Source: Takakia lepidozioides (taxonomy: Eukaryota; Plantae; Bryophyta). Taken from it: a stretch of DNA of 64,000 nt. Shown here in pieces: positions 46,672 to 59,295 of this stretch (its first letter is position 1; every line of letters starts with the position of its first letter). Both the position numbers and the translations under genes were made by a program. The stretch spans positions 59,086,001-59,150,000 of the forward strand of contig CM060733.1 in NCBI GenBank assembly GCA_030704615.1, read 5' to 3'. The notes beneath the pieces are model-generated. The model worked only from the letters and a program-made list of their open reading frames with translations. It had not been told where the DNA came from and made no database searches.

Positions 46672-49600
46672 CTACTTGGTGGCATCGATAAACATAGCAC
46701 GTGTCCAGTGCTCTACGTCTTCAGAGTGGGAAGGAGGGGGTGGCAATGTAGGGTGCTCCACCAAATCCCAGCCGTCCAGTGTGCTCTCTGCCAAATTTCC
46801 TACAGTCTCTTCCACATGTTCAGAGCTTCCACCAATGTCGTAGAAATTGTTCCAACTAACAACCTTGCTTTTGTCGGCCCCCCTCTGGCCCTGCCAAATG
46901 AGCAAAAAACTTGAATCATACAACTGGGAGTGCAAGGTATACCAATAATTTGTCAGAGGTGTTAACTAAGATCACAGCGCCACCATAGATCCGTCATCTT
47001 GACTAGATGCCATGCCAAGAGGCATTTGATTGGCTGCCAGACTACGTGCATGGCATTGGATACCAATACATATCAATTATTATATATATATAGACAAAAT
47101 AGACCACATGAACTACCACACCAACCTTCAAGTCAAATAGGAATTAGGAATTAGGAATTCTGTGTGAGCACTATGCACCAGCTAAGAGCAAGAGAGCGCT
47201 AGAGCCACACAGCTCCTGGGTTATGCACAAAACTAACAGATAAGAAGGAGGAAGCGATTCTTTTATGGTGTCAGTGTGATGAGCAATACCAGAGCTTTGT
47301 GGCGAGACCGATTTTCTTCCGAAGGGCTTGGCTGGCAGCTTCCCGGGTGTGCTATGGGACCTTCTGAAAGAGCAAATTTGCCGTTAGGCTGTTGGCTACC
47401 TCTGCTAGACCTGAACACATATGAACATGTTCCAGGGAACGTCACTACGACCGTTAGCACCCTCCACCCCCACCCTTCCAGAATACCCTTGCTACCCTGG
47501 TGTCTGTGTAGGAGAAGAGGGGGTGGGGGGGGAGACACAGAGAAAAAGAGGGCAAAGAGGCATTGGCATAATCTACAGTAGACGAAGAAGCATACTTGCA
47601 GAAGCAGTGACATGAAGACAGCAAAATGTAAGATAGGATTAAAATATCTGTCCTGCTTCTCTCGGAAAACAACAAAGAAAATTTGAGAGGTTCTAAAATA
47701 TATAGAGGCTACGAGACCTATTTCTCATACGATTAATGCCGAATTACTGATCATAAGTAACTATAAATTCTGCAAAAGATAAGTCAACCAGAAGTAAGAA
47801 AACTTTACACACAGTATTTGCAAACTCATCCACTGTTGGTACACAAAACGGTAGACTCCATCTCCAAAAATAAGAAAACACTCCCCACCCAGAAGCCCAG
47901 TTGGGCGATAGCAAACAAGTGAGGAAATAAACCTTGCTCGAGTTTCCTTGGAGGAAAGAGTTGACAGGAGTTCTGAAAATGCCTCAAATATTGACATGTC
48001 CGAGGGGACAGGCAAAGACAGGACTCCGAAGCCATAGGCACAGATGCAGCTCACACTCCTGCGCAATATCTTAATGCCTTTCTGTACATCTGGATGTGTA
48101 TCCCTTGAGCTGCTGGAAGTGCCTCCACAGTTCACCAAACTACCCATGCTTTCTACAGGGTCACACCTTGGGCTTTCCATTGATGAAAAGCCAAGATTAC
48201 TGCCCACGCTCTTGCTCAGCTCATTGCTGTCTTCAGCAGAGGCCCCTCGTCCACCTTGACGGGGAAGAAACAGTGGGTACTCTTCACTGCAAAACACATT
48301 ACCACTTTTAAATGACTGACCTCATGGACGTGGCCAGATCAAATGCACCCAAACAAGTACATTACCTACCAGTTCTTGCTCAAGAACAATGATCCACAAT
48401 ATATCTGTGCAGGATGTTTTCCAGTATTTGCACGACATAAGATAGTCTTAAGGACTCCATCATCCAAGCCCCATAACTAACAAGTATAGTTGAGATTAAT
48501 GGTAGCCAGTCTGAGGTTGGCAAGGTCCCAACTCATAATAATCTCAGCTGTCATCATCATCAGCACAGGCCGCATCACCACCAGGCACATGATCTTACAG
48601 TCAACAATTGACAAGTCTTTGAACGAGACAAGAGGGTACCTGCGAGAAGCTGGCCGTGAGTCAAAGTATGAAGCCCTCTGCCATACACGTGACGAGGAGG
48701 CCTGCACTCCCCAAAAAGACATTACATGGTCGACATATACCCAAGAGCCATTTGTTGTACAGGAAACAATCTTGCTGTCTGCACAAGCTCACAATGAATG
48801 TACAGAGGACATAACAGCTTACTGCAAATCCAGAGCTGTGTAGTAGAGGAGCAGACAAGTAGCGTGCTGCCAGGTTCACCAGCTGCACCATATACCTGCC
48901 ATGCCCACCGACAACCCAAGTCACCAACCTGGATCCATATGTCTTCCTCTTTGCCCAAAGTGGTCAGAAATTACCTTCCTTTCCTAATCATGTAGTATGC
49001 TTCACCTGATATTACATTTCCATGTCAGGTATGAGAGCAGAAAATCAAAGCTGTATTCACTGGTGTGACTTGAAAAACCGTGTCTTAACAGTTCCGAGCA
49101 TAGAGATGAACAGACTAAAGACATCTTCTAAATATAGCAGCAAAGAATCACTTACCCCAAGGATGCTGCAAGTTCTGGGCATGGAACGGAGAGAGGGTCG
49201 TCGCCAATGGGCAATCGCGCACTGCAGATATGGACAGGTTGCACTGCACTGTTACCCTCCCACTTTTCACGCTCCTCGCCTGGAGCCTACCCACAACCAT
49301 TAACAAGACTGGTGGATGTCAGTAATTGGTCCTTTAGGAGTGCCCTTCTTTGCAGATGATTCAGAAATAAGAGATTGTACTCATAAGACGTTGTTTGCTG
49401 TAGCCTTGTGGCCATTGACCCCGCGCCCAGTTTGAGCGGGAACAAAAGGGACAGAACCTACCTCTGTCAGGGGCTGATGTTGGTAGTAAGACTTACCTCC
49501 ATATAAAGAATTAATCCGGGTTTTCCAGATATCCTCTAGAAATCCCTTCACACAAGCATCAATCTGCTGTGTGTGATTTGCCCAAAAACTAGGCCTCAGG

Positions 49601-52600
49601 AGGGCCTGGGCTTTTGGCTCAGCCTCGAGACTTTCAAAGTTGGTAAACAGGGGTACAGGCACAATTCCCTTAATAGATTTGAAGAGAGCGTCTCTTTGGT
49701 GAGAGAACCCCGGACAGTGTATCAGAAAATGAATACTGTCTTCAGATTGCCCACACAACGGGCAATTGCACTCTCCCTTTCCTCTCTGCTTCTGTTTGCT
49801 GTTCAAAGGTAGGCAGGCTTCCTGCCCTGAGTTTAAATTTCAGTCTAGTGCCGAGAGTGGGTAGACCCTTGAGGTCATCCAAGATGTCCTCCCCCATGTC
49901 ACAGACTGGAAACAAGTTCAGGGAAGTTTTCTGCCTAACTTCATTTTCATCAGACAATCTCATGGCAACAGACATGGCTGAGGACACTACAGCCTCTAAG
50001 TCAGATTTATCCAGCAGGGTCAAGACTTGCGGATCCAGGTCCAGGTCCTTGAGGATCTCTTCTACTCTCTTCTGCCAGGACTTAGCCTGTTTGACAGGGC
50101 GGTCCTGTTTCCAAGATATAGAGTCGATTAACTTAGGATATCTGGTGTTGGGCATATGTTGCAGCTGACCCCACCATCTGACCTTGAATTCATCTTGTCG
50201 GGAGCTTAAGGACGGAATGCCAAACTCACCCCGAACAGCCACATTGGCTGTTTTGGAGCATGCTGACATACACTCCTTAAGCACCCCCACTTGAATGGAT
50301 TCTAGAGACTTAGCCTGGTTGGAGTTATCAACCCATATAGCAGATCCGTACTCCAAGGCAGGTCTAATAACGCGACAAAGCATGGTTTTCTTAACCTCAG
50401 AGTTGACCCCTCTGCAGTGGAAATTCAGAAATAAGAGAACAGGCTTGCAAGGTCAAAGATGATCTTTAAAAGTTAAAGGAAGCTCACAGGGGTGCGCCGC
50501 AAAGGCAATATCTTGAAAAGCTGTCGCATCACCAGCCGCCTTCTTTGAAACAGCTCGGATGCCACTGCCATCTGCTATTTCAGCAAAAGTAATGTATTAC
50601 TACAGGCGATACATGTGAAGCTAAAAAACCATGATTGATTGCAAAGTGAGCTACTCACAGTCAAAACAACATGTTTACGAAGTGGAAGGAGTCTGGAAAT
50701 GACACAGCTATTTTCCCACCCAGCTTGCATCAGCGGAGATGGAGTACCATTCCTTCTTCTCCTGTCCAGTGGATTAGGAGACTAAAGGCTCTCAAAGATG
50801 AAAGAGGTACTTGAAGAGCGAAATGCTTGGCAGCTTACTTTCACAAGCCCCTCTGTCTTCATGCAATAGGTTCTACTTCTTATGCTTTTCTTTCTTAGCA
50901 TTTGTAAGATCTTTGGGCTAGTTGTATAAGCTCTAAAGATCCTCTCTTTCCTCTTCCTTTCTCTCTCTCTTGCAGCATCTAGTAGCACACATTCTATGGG
51001 AGTAAGATCAAAATCAGATGTGCTTGTACGTTCATAGGCTCATGAAGTAGTTACATAGACAAGGGACTGTGCTCGGATGAGATCAGGATAGAAGTGCGCT
51101 AGCTGCTCCGTCCGCTTTGTTGCCACCTTCAATCAAGAGGACTAAAAAGTCAGCAAACATCACAGTTTTCTCATTGATATGGGTGTCTGAGTGAGCGAGA
51201 GCAAGAAAGAGAGATGCTTTAAATATCACAGAAAAGTGACCCCGGGGGATGCTCTGCTAACACTGCCGAAGCAAGAGACTAGTAATGCAGACTACCAATG
51301 CCATATGGCAGGCAGAAGATACCTGGGCAGAAGCTGCAGCAAGGAAGCTGATTTGTGCATCCAGATCATGTTGCTGTTGCTCGCGTTTTGTCTTAACTGT
51401 ATTGAGAACACAAATATAACCCCCTCTCATTCTCCATAGTGGTAAAGTACGGCAAAACATTCATCTTCTCTACCAAAAATTGGTCACTAAAGGTGGTGGA
51501 TGCATAACTTCTAACTGATTGCACTACGACTGCAGTGAATAAGAGAGTTGGGACCTGCGTAATTCACCAGAAAAATGAAACAAAGGATTACCTTGAACCA
51601 GCTCATCTTTGCACAGGCGCAGCCGCTCCCTGAGATGTGCCTTACGCTCCGCATGCTCCACCTGCCAGTGCCGCTGCAGCTCTGACTCCCGCTGCCCACC
51701 ACAGGCCCCCCCCACAACACAAAACAAGACAGAATGTAGTGGGTTAAGTAGCTTCCTTTGTGGTCACAAAAGTGCAAGGAAGGACTGACAAAGACATCAA
51801 TCTCCCCCCCCCCCTCCTTCAGTTTTTTTAACCTTCATAAGTATCTCTCTCTTTGTCTCTCATTGTTCCGCTCAAACTGGGCGCGGGGTCAATGGCCACA
51901 AGGCTACGGCAAACAACGTCTTATGAGTACATTCTCTCTCTCTCATTCCAACCAAGTATCAAGTCCAGTCACCTTAGCCATAAGCTCTTCATCCAAATGA
52001 TGCCTCAGCAAGTCGCGTTCCTGAGCCAAGGACTTCAGCACTTTATATTTTTCAATCAATCTGCAGAAAACCACCCTCTTAATTGATCAGGCCAAAAAAG
52101 AAACAGAGCAAGAAGAGACTAACATGCAGTCTAGGCTGAGCCTCCGGGAACCCATTTCTGAGATGTGATCCCAACCAATTGAAGCTGTACAGATCCCAAA
52201 ATTGGAAGACTCTTTACCTCAAAACCTTCCTAACAAGACATGAATTTTTTAAATGCGAGGAAGTACTTTCTTCCATTGGCATTAGTGAGGTGGAGGATGT
52301 ATTTTGGTATTGTCGCTACATTCTTTTTGCACAATCTCAAATCCTTCCCTCTCTCTTCCTCCAACCTTTTAGAGAAGTAGCATAGCCAATGGTTGCTTGA
52401 ACAAGAAGACACAAGCATTTGATTCAACACAAAGTTATTGCGAAATTTGCTGGGAGAGACAACGGAGAGGAAGTAACGTGGAGGCTAGGGCAGCCCTAAA
52501 CCTGACAACGAAAATCCATACACAGAAGATTTCACATACGGCCATCTTAGATGAGGCTAAGTACATTATTCTCTCCAATTCTTCAAGCCCCTTGAGTTCT

Positions 52601-52967
52601 CATGGAAACATACACGCATAACCCCAGTGAAACGAAAAACCCTAGAAAATGCACGACACTTTGATAAATTTTAGAACATTGCAGCATGGCGCACACGATT
52701 CATGGCTACCATTGAACAATCCCACAAGGGTGGACCACAAACGAAGGAAATGACCAAACCCACGTGTACATGGATGTCTTTGATCAACCAAAGCTTGTGT
52801 TGAGGATAACCAAGCTGCTTAAACCATGAGGTGCACTCAGAAATCAGCATGATCACGGGAAAAAACTTACGAAATCTACAGGCTTACCGGTGATTGATAC
52901 ACGAGGTGCACACAGAGGGTTGGTTCAAATTCTCACATATCCCACAGACACATCCTCTTCTTGCCAT
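46672..52967 (-). CDS. ATG14: ATG14-like autophagy PI3K complex subunit; exons 52888-52967, 51973-52060, 51592-51691, 51323-51396, 51055-51126, 50488-50571, 49156-49286, 48823-48895, 48640-48701, 47933-48286, (possible 47474-47503), 47290-47410, 46672-46890; ~485 aa
   Basis: All introns GT-AG with compatible phases; N-terminal CGICENLNQPSVCTSCINHR, coiled coil, ICSARLP..ELAASLGYMVQLVNL..PLLHSSGFA..RVWQR..EYPLFLPR, QKGIKILRRSVSCI..FEAF, C-terminal WDLVEHPTLPPPPSHSEDVEHWTRAMFIDA as in plant ATG14. Confidence 0.92.
49375..50422 (-). mobile_element. 5'-truncated RTEX-like LINE in an ATG14 intron, with a 16-bp TSD
   Basis: IRPALEYGSAIW..AVRGEFG..RYPK..LKFKLRAGS..CPLCGQSEDSIHFLIHCP; TSD ATTCAGAAATAAGAGA at 49359-49374 and 50423-50438. 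Confidence 0.88.
51863..51945 (+). mobile_element. Very short 3'-terminal copy of the RTEX-like LINE with a (TC)n tail
   Basis: CGCTCAAACTGGGCGCGGGGTCAATGGCCACAAGGCTACGGCAAACAACGTCTTATGAGTACA matches the reverse complement of 49376-49440; flanked by TCTCTCATT repeats. Confidence 0.85.
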
Positions 52968-55487
52968 CTTCGCCTCTCTTCCGCTTCAAAACCCCGCCTT
53001 CTCCTCCCCTCTCTCCCCTTCCCACCCTTTCGCTATCTGTTTATAAATCCAGCCCAGCCTAGCGGGGGCCACCTCACAACAGAGGAACCTGCTGCGTCCC
53101 ATTTGTGTTCAACCCTACTCATGCTCACTTCCTTGCACTCACGATACATCTTATGTTTTGGGTATCCCTGCTCCTACCACAATTTCCCAGCAGCCATGAA
53201 AGTGGCTTGCAGATCTCTCTGGCTTTCAATTTCCTTCCCTCTTTCTCCCTTCCTTGGTCTGAAAGCCACGCTTCCCTCTGAACAGTTCACCCTCGTTTTC
53301 GCCGGGTTCATCCATTGATCCACCCCTTCACCGAGAGGGTGGGACCTTTTATTCTTCATTTGGGCCCTCAAAGATTTTCTTTTGCTCTAAGAAAAAGAGG
53401 AGACGCCCAGAATTTTTCTTACTCCTTCTCTTCTGTTTTTAAGTGTATTATGAGTGAGGGTGTCCATATAGTTTGATCTTTCTGACACTTTATGAAGTAG
53501 TGTTCGTCTTATTGCTGTAAAGTGCAGCTTCATAACAAAGCTTGGGAGAAAGAGAACCCATGTGCCTGATCTGCAGGCAAACTGCTGGAACCTACACACA
53601 CAAGAGACCTCCTCCTTTGAAAGCTTCAAAAGAACTGACAATGCACTCAGGTCCAGAAGACCCAGCAGAAAAATGGATAGTTTTGAGTTTGAATCCTCTC
53701 CTTTAGTGAACATACAAGTCGATGGACTGATGAAAATGTATGGCAAGAGGAAGTTTCAGAGCCTAAGTTGTAAGTGCCTCAAATGGTTGTAAAACTGGGC
53801 AAAACTGGGAATGTCATATCAAATGACGGCTACATGTAAGGGTGTCCATCAAACAAGTTGCAAGGAGTTCTCCATCCACTTTCATGCTCATGTTGTATTT
53901 TCAGATGGCTGTTACTTCCTGGTCCTGGACCTGGTCTCGCTGCACAGCCGAGTATTGTGTTAGTAGCACTACCTCACATAACAAACAACTGTCAAGCTAC
54001 TAATGTAGTAACAGTTCGGTCAATGTCTTGTTGAGATACTAATGTCATTGTACTGTGATTTCTAGCCCACCTTGCAAGCTCAACATTTCAGTGACTCAGA
54101 TCTGTTCAAAAATTGAACCCTGGACAAAGACCCCTGCCTACTCTCAATGGCTGCCAACTCTTACTATTGAACCACTACATAGCTTCAAATTTCAAAAATT
54201 GTTCAAGTATATTGGACGTTGCTAGTGTAATGACAATCATTCTTTCCCATCCTTCATTTCGACTGTTCCAACCTAAATTGAGTGCACCTACATCATACTA
54301 CACTTAACTAGCCCAAAGTTTTGCAGCGTGCATGTGAGGGGAGGAGGAACACAATAGTGCTTGCATCTCAAAATGATAAAGATTTCCACTTGAGTTTAAA
54401 GCCTTCCTACCATGGAATTTGAAGTATGTAGACCCACCTGCATTTTTTGTTCTTGGATTTGCTGCAACTATAGTCCCTTGGCATCTCTCACTGGATTATC
54501 TCCTGACTGCCAAAATCATTTCGAAATACAATATATGGTCCATAAGAATGATGAAGAAGAGGAGATACAACATAGCAAGCGGGTTTGTGGCTACGGAGAG
54601 AGGGAGATGAAGAGTGAGCGGTGTGGGGGTGCAGTAAAAACGGTCGAGTCTGGCCATGCACAGATCAGGGGGTTTTCTGTTGTGGTTGCCTCAAGGTGCT
54701 GCTCAAACTGACCCCAGAACTCAGACCCAACAAGGGCAGCATCTTTGAGCATTGAGGTGAAAAAGGGGTCAGTCATTTCGATGCTTTCAAAGTGGCTACA
54801 AAAACACTGCACCAGAACTTATTATCCGCACTATCTGCCATATGTATTCCCTTAAAAAAAGCTTGTTAATTTACTGTCCTCTTAGTTTGAACTTCAGCCT
54901 TAAGCTTTGTTCACTAAAGGCTATGAAGAAGCATGGAGCAGATTTGTGCCTAGCTTCAGCTTACTTGGTTTGGAATAAACTTATATTCAGGCATAACTAT
55001 CTTGGCCTTAACCATATGGGTTTCCTGCCTATACTGCAGACCCATATTCAAAGGTGGGTCTCCTTATATAGAGAACATGGACCCTTGCACTGCTGATACA
55101 GTCCGCTGCACAAGCAAATTGGACAGCACCAGCATTTTCTCTTGCTTGTTTTGAGAATCTCTTTAAGTGTGAGCTTCCCAGCTGCAATGCTGGCAAACCT
55201 ACATGTGAGAACACAGGAGTAGTTCTCTGATAATAACTCCAATTTGACTGTGTTGTGAAACACCATGACACAACTTGTGCGTCAACCACACACCAAGATC
55301 AGACAGAAACGGATACAAGACTAGGGAAATGCCAAGAATATATGACAGCTCACCAATTGCTGCTCTATGTACTCATCCACAGCCCACTGATACTTGGACT
55401 GGTTCAGTCCAAACCATTCTACCAGACGTTCTTCGACCCCCAATGCCACTAGCACAATGCCAAAAACTAGTCACATATTCCTAAAAA

Positions 55488-56200
55488 CTAAGAGTAATAG
55501 ACACAGAAACATGTTTTAACGATATACCTTAAGCCTGGTTTGGAAATTGGAAATGAGACCGTATCAGGGTTTGGGTTTGCCATAAGCCAGGTGTAGATTT
55601 CTTTCCAACAAGATTGTCCTGCCAAATTCGCTTTGGTGATGGCATCTGCAAGTTCCCTTGGGTCCTCGGTGTGGAAATCCGTGTGCCACTCTTGACCTGC
55701 ATCTCCTAGCAGTAAGAAAAACACCATCTGAAACGTTCAACTCTTGCTGATATCCGGAGAAATGTAATTCCCGCTCCCGCGACCCCTGTGTGCACCTGTC
55801 CAATCCTCTGACACGCCTTCTGACACGCCTTCTGTCGCGCATCCATCAACGCGATCCTCTGCCCCCTCTTGAAGTTGACCTCCTGCATGCGAGCAAAGTA
55901 GCGAGCAAAGTAACTTTCAAGGGTATTGACGCAAATTTTCAGTTGCTCTAATCTCGTATCTCGAGCCACAAGCTGCTCGTTGAGGTGCGCAACTTCCGCT
56001 TCGAGCTCCACAACTCTTGCCTCCAACCTTACAACCTCATCATGTGTCCATGATGTTGAAGCCAATCTCCCCTTCCTCTTTCTTCCATCCTCCGGCCGGG
56101 GCTTTAGGATCAAACTCACCATCTCCTCTCTACCAAGAGCTCGGAGTCGTTGCCGTGTGGGGAGGTCACCCGTGGGGGTGTCAGCCCATGCCTAAAGAAG
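55488..56200 (-). pseudogene. Unidentified frameshifted coiled-coil protein remnant, probably TE-associated
   Basis: Heptad stretch EVVRLEARVVELEAEVAHLNEQLVARDTRLEQL, small tandem duplications (GCGAGCAAAGTA x2, TCTGACACGCCT x2), three overlapping frames. Confidence 0.3.
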
Positions 56201-57069
56201 AACATTGCGATGGGGTATGTGGCAACTGGATCTCACAAGAATGGGACTCAAAAGTCTAGGTGCGTGAACAGCAGAATGACACTATTGTAACAAAAAGTGC
56301 GTACCAAATACTACAAGATACCTCAAACTGTTCTCAGCTGAAATGGGGTATAAACCTATCCGTGAAACTGATGTGTGCAATCATGTAGACCCATGCTGCA
56401 TTTGTAGGCAGTCTATGGCTGCAGACTGTCTGCCCCCAATGTTGCAAAGGCTGGCCTGCGGGAAAATTAAAGCAATCCCTCAGTTTGTAATCTGTGAAAC
56501 TGCCCACCCTCTCTTGTTTTCCCATGCATTGGCCACAATTTGTTTGTCAGTAGGAGCCTGTTCTATTTTTACTTTGATCTTCCTGACTGCATAGCAAAAA
56601 GAGGTCATGAACAGGGCTAGCAAGTCACCTGGGGTCTGTATACACTGATCTAATGGATTTTCACTTGAGTCACTGTTGGCTTGTCTTGATGTAGAAGGAT
56701 TCCAAATTGCTCTCTGTTCCCACCCACTATGCTGTGGGATGTTGAGAAATGGCCTCTATCAATACAGCATACCTTTCCTAATGAGCAGTATTCTGCACTT
56801 TCTCAGCTGCTGGAGACAGTAGCCACAGTGGGTAGCTCTCAAATCACCACACAGCTGGAACGAAAGAAAAACAATGAAACAATGTAAGGAGGGGGACCAA
56901 GACACCGAAGTGAACTGCCCAGGGCTACCTGCCCGAGCAGCCACAATTTAGCTCCATCTGCAGCTGTAGATTCAATGTGCAAAACACCTTCAACTGTTCA
57001 CATTCTAGCTTTATTACGGAATTTACGGTTCACTAACTAATAGTATTATCTGGAAAAACAGATTAAAAC

Positions 57070-57720
57070 TTTGAATGGGGAGAGAGGCCCTTTTCTGAGA
57101 TGATTGATGAATGACTATATTTCTAGATGGCAGGTCTGGTGTTTTTGCAACCTTTGCTGATTTCCTCTCTGATATGTCTGTTTAGCACTACAAGCACTGT
57201 GGAAGCAGGCTGATAGGCAGGATAGAAGTGCTGACAATTGCTCATCTCTTTGGCCATCATATTTTCGACCTTGTTTCTACATGAACTTCTCCTTTTCTTC
57301 TTGTTTGCATCTATATGACTTCCATGCATCTGGAAAATCAATTATGCTTCATGAAGGTGAAGGACCATCTCTTCATGATGGAGCACTATCTCTTTGGCAA
57401 TTATATTCCATCATATTCTCGACCTTGTTTCTACATGAACTTCTCCTTTTCTTCTTGTTTGCATCTCTATGACTTCCATGCATCTGGACAATCCATTATG
57501 TTGGATAATGCTCCATGAAGGTGATGGACCGTCTCTTCATGATGGAGCATTATCACTTAGGGCAAAGTTATTTCCAACAAGTGACAAAAGCTTGAAATGA
57601 AGTGGTTCAAATTGCGTAGGAAGTGGAGCTTTCAAAGATAAGTTCAAAGTTCCAGTGAGTTGTCCCCAAACAGTCAATTGGAATTCCCCCTCATTAATGG
57701 ATCCGTCCTGTTCTTCTGAC
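57070..57720 (-). repeat. Dispersed repeat 'B', copy 3, with an internal ~155-bp tandem duplication
   Basis: Reverse-complement match to 4305-4790; CATCATATT.TCGACCTTGTTTCTACATGAAC occurs at ~57255 and ~57408. Confidence 0.85.
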
Positions 57721-58123
57721 TGAAGAACACTTCTTCTTCTACTGCCCTCTATACTACGATCTATTCAGTGGAACCCAATCTCTCACTGAAGTCTTCCACT
57801 ATGAGGATCAGAAATGCTTGGCAGCTTACCTGCACGAGGCCTTCACCCTTAGACAATCCCTAGAACATTTGTTCTTATTCTTGGGTTCTGGTTTTGTTTC
57901 CTCTCTCATGTTTTTTTCTTCCATTCTGTCCCATAAGCTCTATGAGCTCTCCGCGGACGTTATAAAGCACCATTTCATTTCTTGTTGAGGGCTGCTGGGC
58001 CTCTCTCTTTCTTGTTTTATGTATTCTCTTGTCCCACAAGCTCTTTGAGCTTTCCAGTGAAGTTATAAAGTATATTTCATTTCTCCCATTATCATTCAAC
58101 GTTGGGGCAAACCCAGACCTGGA

Positions 58124-59295
58124 TCAAGGCCAGGGATGTACGAAAAATCCTTTTGACCGAAGGCCAGCGAAGAGCTGGGAAGCTTGCTCACGGGTGTGGC
58201 CCTGAAACATTTCGGGCCAGTGCCAATCTGACATAGAGGGATGACTGTAGTGGATCACCACAAACAACTCATCAACCATCTCCACCATCTCCGGGTCCTG
58301 CATCCACCGCTTAAGGATCGGCCACTCGTTCCCCTCTATGTCCATCTTAATTACAAGGGCATCTTCTGCAGTGAGTTGCAATCTCTCTTTGATGAACTGT
58401 GTGATGTCTATTTTATTTGAATACACATCTTCAGAATCAGCAACAATCATGTTGTAAATTTCCACCCTGTTGACCATCCACTTGGGGATGGTTGGCTTCA
58501 CTTTCACTCGAATCATTGGGACTGGCTTCTCCGCCCTCCAGTTGTTTTCTTCCTCAAAGGGTACTTCTGGAAAGCGCAGCAAGTCAGCACCCGCTTCAAA
58601 GCATGAACCTCGGTGAAGTCACAGGGGTACATCTGCATGAACCACTGAATGCTCGTGTTGAACGAGTTAGCTCCTAAATCAAGATACACACGGCGTCTTC
58701 TTATGTTGAGATCTACCTTACTTCCTAGAAGCCAAGGAAGAATGTGTGTTTTATCTGGATCGTCATACATGGAGAACTTCAGGGCCAATCCTCTTCTAAA
58801 GTTATTGGCTTCGTCCAGACTTTCAATTAAATGCCCCTTTACTTTGCACTGGGCTGGCTCCCCAATCCATTTCACCTGGTTCCATGGATTCTCACTGTAT
58901 TCTCGTGGTTCATGAGACGTAGCATGGTGCCCCTTCACCGACTTACAGAGCTTGTCCGCTTCCTGGTCTGATTTGGACGAAGGCTCCTTCCTGTTAATAT
59001 TGTCTTCTTTTGTTTCTCGAGCATCAAACAATGAGTTGGTGGAGACTGAATACAAGATATCCAGGACAATGTAGGCAAGGAGGATTACTATGGTACACAA
59101 ATATACTCGTGGAAGCGTGCCTCGATTTGCCCCCCGAAATTCACGAAAGTAGGTCTTCATTCTGATTTCCTTGTGCTGCTTCTGCTTGCCTTCCAGTGGA
59201 TTAAACTCGATATTTCCATCTCTCCCAGGAGAGCGTCCTGGTCTGTAGTCCATGTCGTGACAGACTGTAATCTGTGGAGGTGATAGACCTAGCAT
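58124..59295 (-). pseudogene. FkbM/Methyltransf_21-type membrane-anchored methyltransferase, intronless, with a 1-nt frameshift at ~58600
   Basis: TM anchor VYLCTIVILLAYIVLDILY; RRVYLDLGANSF..SIQWF..YP..EVHA[fs]FEA; VIKMDIEGNEWPIL; VDELFVVIHY; LRSKGFFVHPWP*. Confidence 0.8.
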
